Shown here in pieces: positions 58,606 through 60,797 of a DNA stretch of 60,797 bases. The position numbers were made by a program, and so were the translations under genes. The stretch comes from an uncultured Clostridia bacterium (GTDB lineage Bacteria; Bacillota; Clostridia; TANB77; CAG-508). The notes below the pieces were generated by a model. The model had not been told where the DNA came from. It saw only the letters and a list, made by a program, of their open reading frames with translations, and ran no database searches. The stretch is from positions 1-60,797 of the forward strand of contig CALYBE010000001.1 in NCBI GenBank assembly GCA_944393735.1, given 5' to 3'. The first letter of the stretch is position 1; the number at the start of each line of letters is the position of its first letter.

Positions 58606-58664
58606 AGTGAATCCTCCTTATAATTATTTATTATTGTGGAATTGAAACATACTTAATAAACTTA

Positions 58665-58856
58665 TGTATTAACCTTTGTTACAATATTTATACTTCATCT
58701 ATACCTATAATTTATTCTAAAAAATTTCTGAGAAATTTCAGTTTGCTAAATATTGCTTTTTTATTAATACTGTGGTTTAAGTTAAAACCATTAGAGCATC
58801 CGCCGAATATTTCGATAACTCTAAACCTCGTCAACCATTATAAGATCCAGGCGCTA
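58665..58856 (-). ncRNA. glmS ribozyme (GlcN6P-dependent self-cleaving leader)
   Basis: The minus strand reads AGCGCCUGGAUCUUAUAAUGGUUGACGAGGUUUAGAGUUAUCGAAAUAUUCGGCGGAUGCUC, which matches the conserved core. The 3' boundary is approximate. Confidence 0.85.
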
Positions 58857-59013
58857 CATTTAATAAAATGTTTAAAACAAAAAACTCCTTTCTTAAAAAT
58901 TTGTATATTTCAATTTACCATATTATATTACAACAAAATGTGAAATGTTGCAAGTATTTGGAAAAATATAAATAGGAAATGGTTATTGTTCAGACTAAAT
59001 TTTATAAATTAAC

Positions 59014-59109
59014 TTGAAATGTTGATATATAAATATTTTTTATCAAAAACATAGCTGGGGTCTACCTATAAGTCTTTGATGAAAAAATATTTATATATCA
59101 ACATTTCAA
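59014..59109. repeat. Long inverted repeat (34-bp arms, one bulge, 27-nt GC-richer loop)
   Basis: TTGAAATGTTGATATATAAATATTTTTTATCAAA ... TTTGATGAAAAAATATTTATATATCAACATTTCAA. Confidence 0.8.
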
Positions 59110-59184
59110 ATGGCCTAAATTTGTGCTATACTGAATTGTAACAAGAAATGTCTACAATAATGAAAACGTATTTAGAATAGATAA

Positions 59185-59216
59185 GCCCCTCCACCTTTAA
59201 GAAAAGGTAGAGGGGC
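59185..59216 (-). terminator. GC-rich hairpin terminator of the lipoprotein gene
   Basis: GCCCCTCCACCTTT / AAAGGTAGAGGGGC stem just downstream of the stop on the minus strand. Confidence 0.6.
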
Positions 59217-59237
59217 ACGTGTTTGGTTATGCTTTGT

Positions 59238-59858
59238 TTAATCGATTAAATCATTGTCAAGCAAGATGTAATTTGCCCTGTGAATGTACAGAGCTTTATC
59301 ATCAATACTAAGCTTTGTTGTCTTAGGCAAATCACCAGGAATTTCCCAATAAACCGATTCACCACCATAGACAGCAATTGGAACTCCTAATTGTGAACAA
59401 ATAACTACAACCTTTGGAGTACCAATCAGATTTTTAATTTCATTGATATTTCTATCAAGAATATTGATTGTTCCTCCACTAGTTGCGACTGCAGTAGGTA
59501 GCTCGAAATTGTCAAGCCGTTCGAGACCTTTTTCGGCAAAAATTACTGTATTGCCGGTTTGATGAATACTGTGGCCATCAACTGTAATTGTAATTACACT
59601 TGATGACTCATAGTTCGTGATGCTATCACCTTCAGAGTCGACTGATTTCGTTTTTACATAATTTGCTTCAAGTCCAACTTTGTTTCCATTAATTGTGAGA
59701 ATGTCGTTTCCAAAGTTGTCATAAAAGTCAATTACGAAGTTGTTTCCAATAAGTTCTCCTTTTATGCTTTTTACTTTGCTACTTAGAAAAGCACAACTTC
59801 CTAAAGTGAGAATCAAGCAAAAGCAAAAGAGAATACTAATAAGCCGTCTTCTTTTCAT
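59238..59858 (-). CDS. Lipoprotein of unknown function (GC-richer than its surroundings)
   Basis: MKRRRLISILFCFCLILTLGSC signal plus lipobox. GGAGG lies 8 nt upstream of the Met at 59858. No domain is recognised. Confidence 0.75.
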   Translation of the reverse strand: MKRRRLISILFCFCLILTLGSCAFLSSKVKSIKGELIGNNFVIDFYDNFGNDILTINGNKVGLEANYVKTKSVDSEGDSITNYESSSVITITVDGHSIHQTGNTVIFAEKGLERLDNFELPTAVATSGGTINILDRNINEIKNLIGTPKVVVICSQLGVPIAVYGGESVYWEIPGDLPKTTKLSIDDKALYIHRANYILLDNDLID

Positions 59859-60014
59859 GATGAAACCTCCATTCATGATGTCCAAACTTTTTTCTACGCA
59901 CAAAAAGTGCTAATAATAAATATATCATAAACTGCTATGAAAATCAATATATTGAAAAGTGTTGGTTACATAAAATATAAAGACTTGAAATGTTTTTGAA
60001 ATAAGTGAAAAATC

Positions 60015-60275
60015 TTGTGGATAACATTTCTAATTTTGGTTCTTTTGCATGAAAGAATTTATTTAAGCAAAGTACCAATGGAAAATAGGTTTGACTATAC
60101 AATAAAAATAGATGCTTTAGTACAAATACAAAGAATATATTTACGAATAATGAAAAATAATAGATGGATAGATGAAAAAAAGTTTAAAGTATCACTTGAC
60201 CTGCTAAGTGAAATAGGAAAAATAAATGGAGGATTAATAAAATTCTATGGCAAAAACAATAAGAAAACAATTTAA
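60015..60275 (+). CDS. avd: Short Avd-like (four-helix-bundle) DGR accessory protein; possibly N-terminally truncated
   Basis: KVPMENRFDYTIKID... and the C-terminal LDLLSEIGKINGGLIKFYGK resemble Avd/IVS-protein family blocks. It overlaps the RT start by 29 nt. At 65-86 aa it is shorter than the typical ~110-130 aa. Confidence 0.45.
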   Translation: MWITFLILVLLHERIYLSKVPMENRFDYTIKIDALVQIQRIYLRIMKNNRWIDEKKFKVSLDLLSEIGKINGGLIKFYGKNNKKTI

Positions 60276-60797
60276 CAAATATCTAACATACGAAAATTTA
60301 ATGAATGCCCATAGATTATCCAGAAGAGGAAAAACATACAAAAAAGACATTATACTATTTGACTTAAAAAAAGAAGAATATATAGATTGGCTATTACAAC
60401 AATTAAAAACAGGACAATATCAACATGGGGGATATAGAACATTTACAATAACAGAACCCAAAAAAAGAATAATACAAGCCTCAAGATATATGGACAGAAT
60501 TGTACATAGATGGGTTGTAGATAGTTTTTTAAAACCATATTTTGAAACCCAATTTATTAGTACAACATATGCGTGTATAAAAAACAAAGGAATGCATAGA
60601 GCAACAATAGATGTTCAAAAAGTAATGAAACATTGTAAAAACACCTGGGGAGAATATTATATCTTGAAAATGGATGTTGCTAAATTTTTTCAAAATATAA
60701 ATAAAGATATTTTATTTAATATTTTAAAAAGAAAAATTAAAGATGTTCAATTATTAGACTTAATGAAAAAAATAATCTATTCAACAAAAGAAAAAAA
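60247..60797 (+). CDS. Reverse transcriptase, DGR type; the 3' end lies outside the window
   Basis: The frame is open from ATG 60247 to the window end, so it is absent from the ORF track. YRTFTITEPKKRIIQASRYMDRIVHRWV and TYACIKNKGMHRA match N-terminal blocks typical of DGR RTs. Confidence 0.7.
   Translation, partial: MAKTIRKQFNKYLTYENLMNAHRLSRRGKTYKKDIILFDLKKEEYIDWLLQQLKTGQYQHGGYRTFTITEPKKRIIQASRYMDRIVHRWVVDSFLKPYFETQFISTTYACIKNKGMHRATIDVQKVMKHCKNTWGEYYILKMDVAKFFQNINKDILFNILKRKIKDVQLLDLMKKIIYSTKEK

Noticed and set aside
47-58645. Many antisense or alternate-frame ORFs in the track with Leu/Phe/Ile/Ser-rich translations (for example 47-298, 586-786, 1835-2218, 6691-7425, 12120-12489, 27592-27978, 35703-36200, 37637-38224, 39042-39461, 42650-43156, 51456-51872, 58439-58645).
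   Set aside because: They lie opposite or inside well-supported genes, lack RBSs, and have the low-complexity composition expected from reading AT-rich coding DNA in the wrong frame.
58743-58943. A 66-aa plus-strand ORF upstream of glmS.
   Set aside because: It overlaps the glmS ribozyme and promoter region on the opposite strand. No RBS.
60247-60797. Retron or group II intron interpretation of the reverse transcriptase.
   Set aside because: The N-terminal blocks (EPKKR.I, DRIVH, YAC..NKG.H.A) and the overlapping Avd-like ORF fit DGRs better. No msr/msd-like structure lies directly upstream, and no intron RNA domains were seen. This cannot be fully excluded without the rest of the gene.

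Overview
This is an AT-rich chromosomal segment (roughly 27-30% GC by eye) from a spore-forming, low-GC Firmicute, probably Clostridia-like. No database or HMM search was run; every product call rests on motifs I recognise in the translations and on repeats and structures read directly from the DNA. The housekeeping backbone includes sigA, spo0A, spoVG, murC, ychF, thrS with a T-box leader, gatC/gatA/gatB, radA-disA, glmS with its ribozyme, and tRNA-Gln and tRNA-His. Four accessory modules interrupt it. (1) A ~13.3-kb island (3174-16510) sits in the 3' end of tRNA-Gln(UUG). It is bounded by a perfect 17-bp direct repeat and carries a tyrosine integrase. Its cargo is a streamlined type VIIb-like secretion locus: an FHA-EssC ATPase, a YukD-like protein, a DUF4176-like protein, two tandem-WXG100-like proteins, a ParA/MinD-like protein with a dead P-loop, and a 607-aa repeat-rich putative effector with flanking small genes. 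The locus lacks EssA/EssB/EsaA-type membrane partners and sits behind a consensus promoter whose 17-nt spacer contains a T14 tract. The island also holds a truncated cysK and a Panacea (DUF4065) antitoxin-like gene. (2) A REP/RAYT (HUH-Y1 transposase) unit with perfect 27-bp inverted REPs is present, together with an internally deleted miniature copy, an extra REP bracketing an orphan gene, and a REP-encoded tail on the amylase gene. (3) A 10.5-kb single-gene trimodular NRPS (C-A-T x3 plus terminal reductase) is followed 18 nt later by an orphan multi-TM sensor kinase. (4) The right edge carries the start of a diversity-generating retroelement (Avd-like gene plus DGR-type reverse transcriptase, cut by the window). 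The island-borne minimal T7SS-like system is the most interesting candidate.
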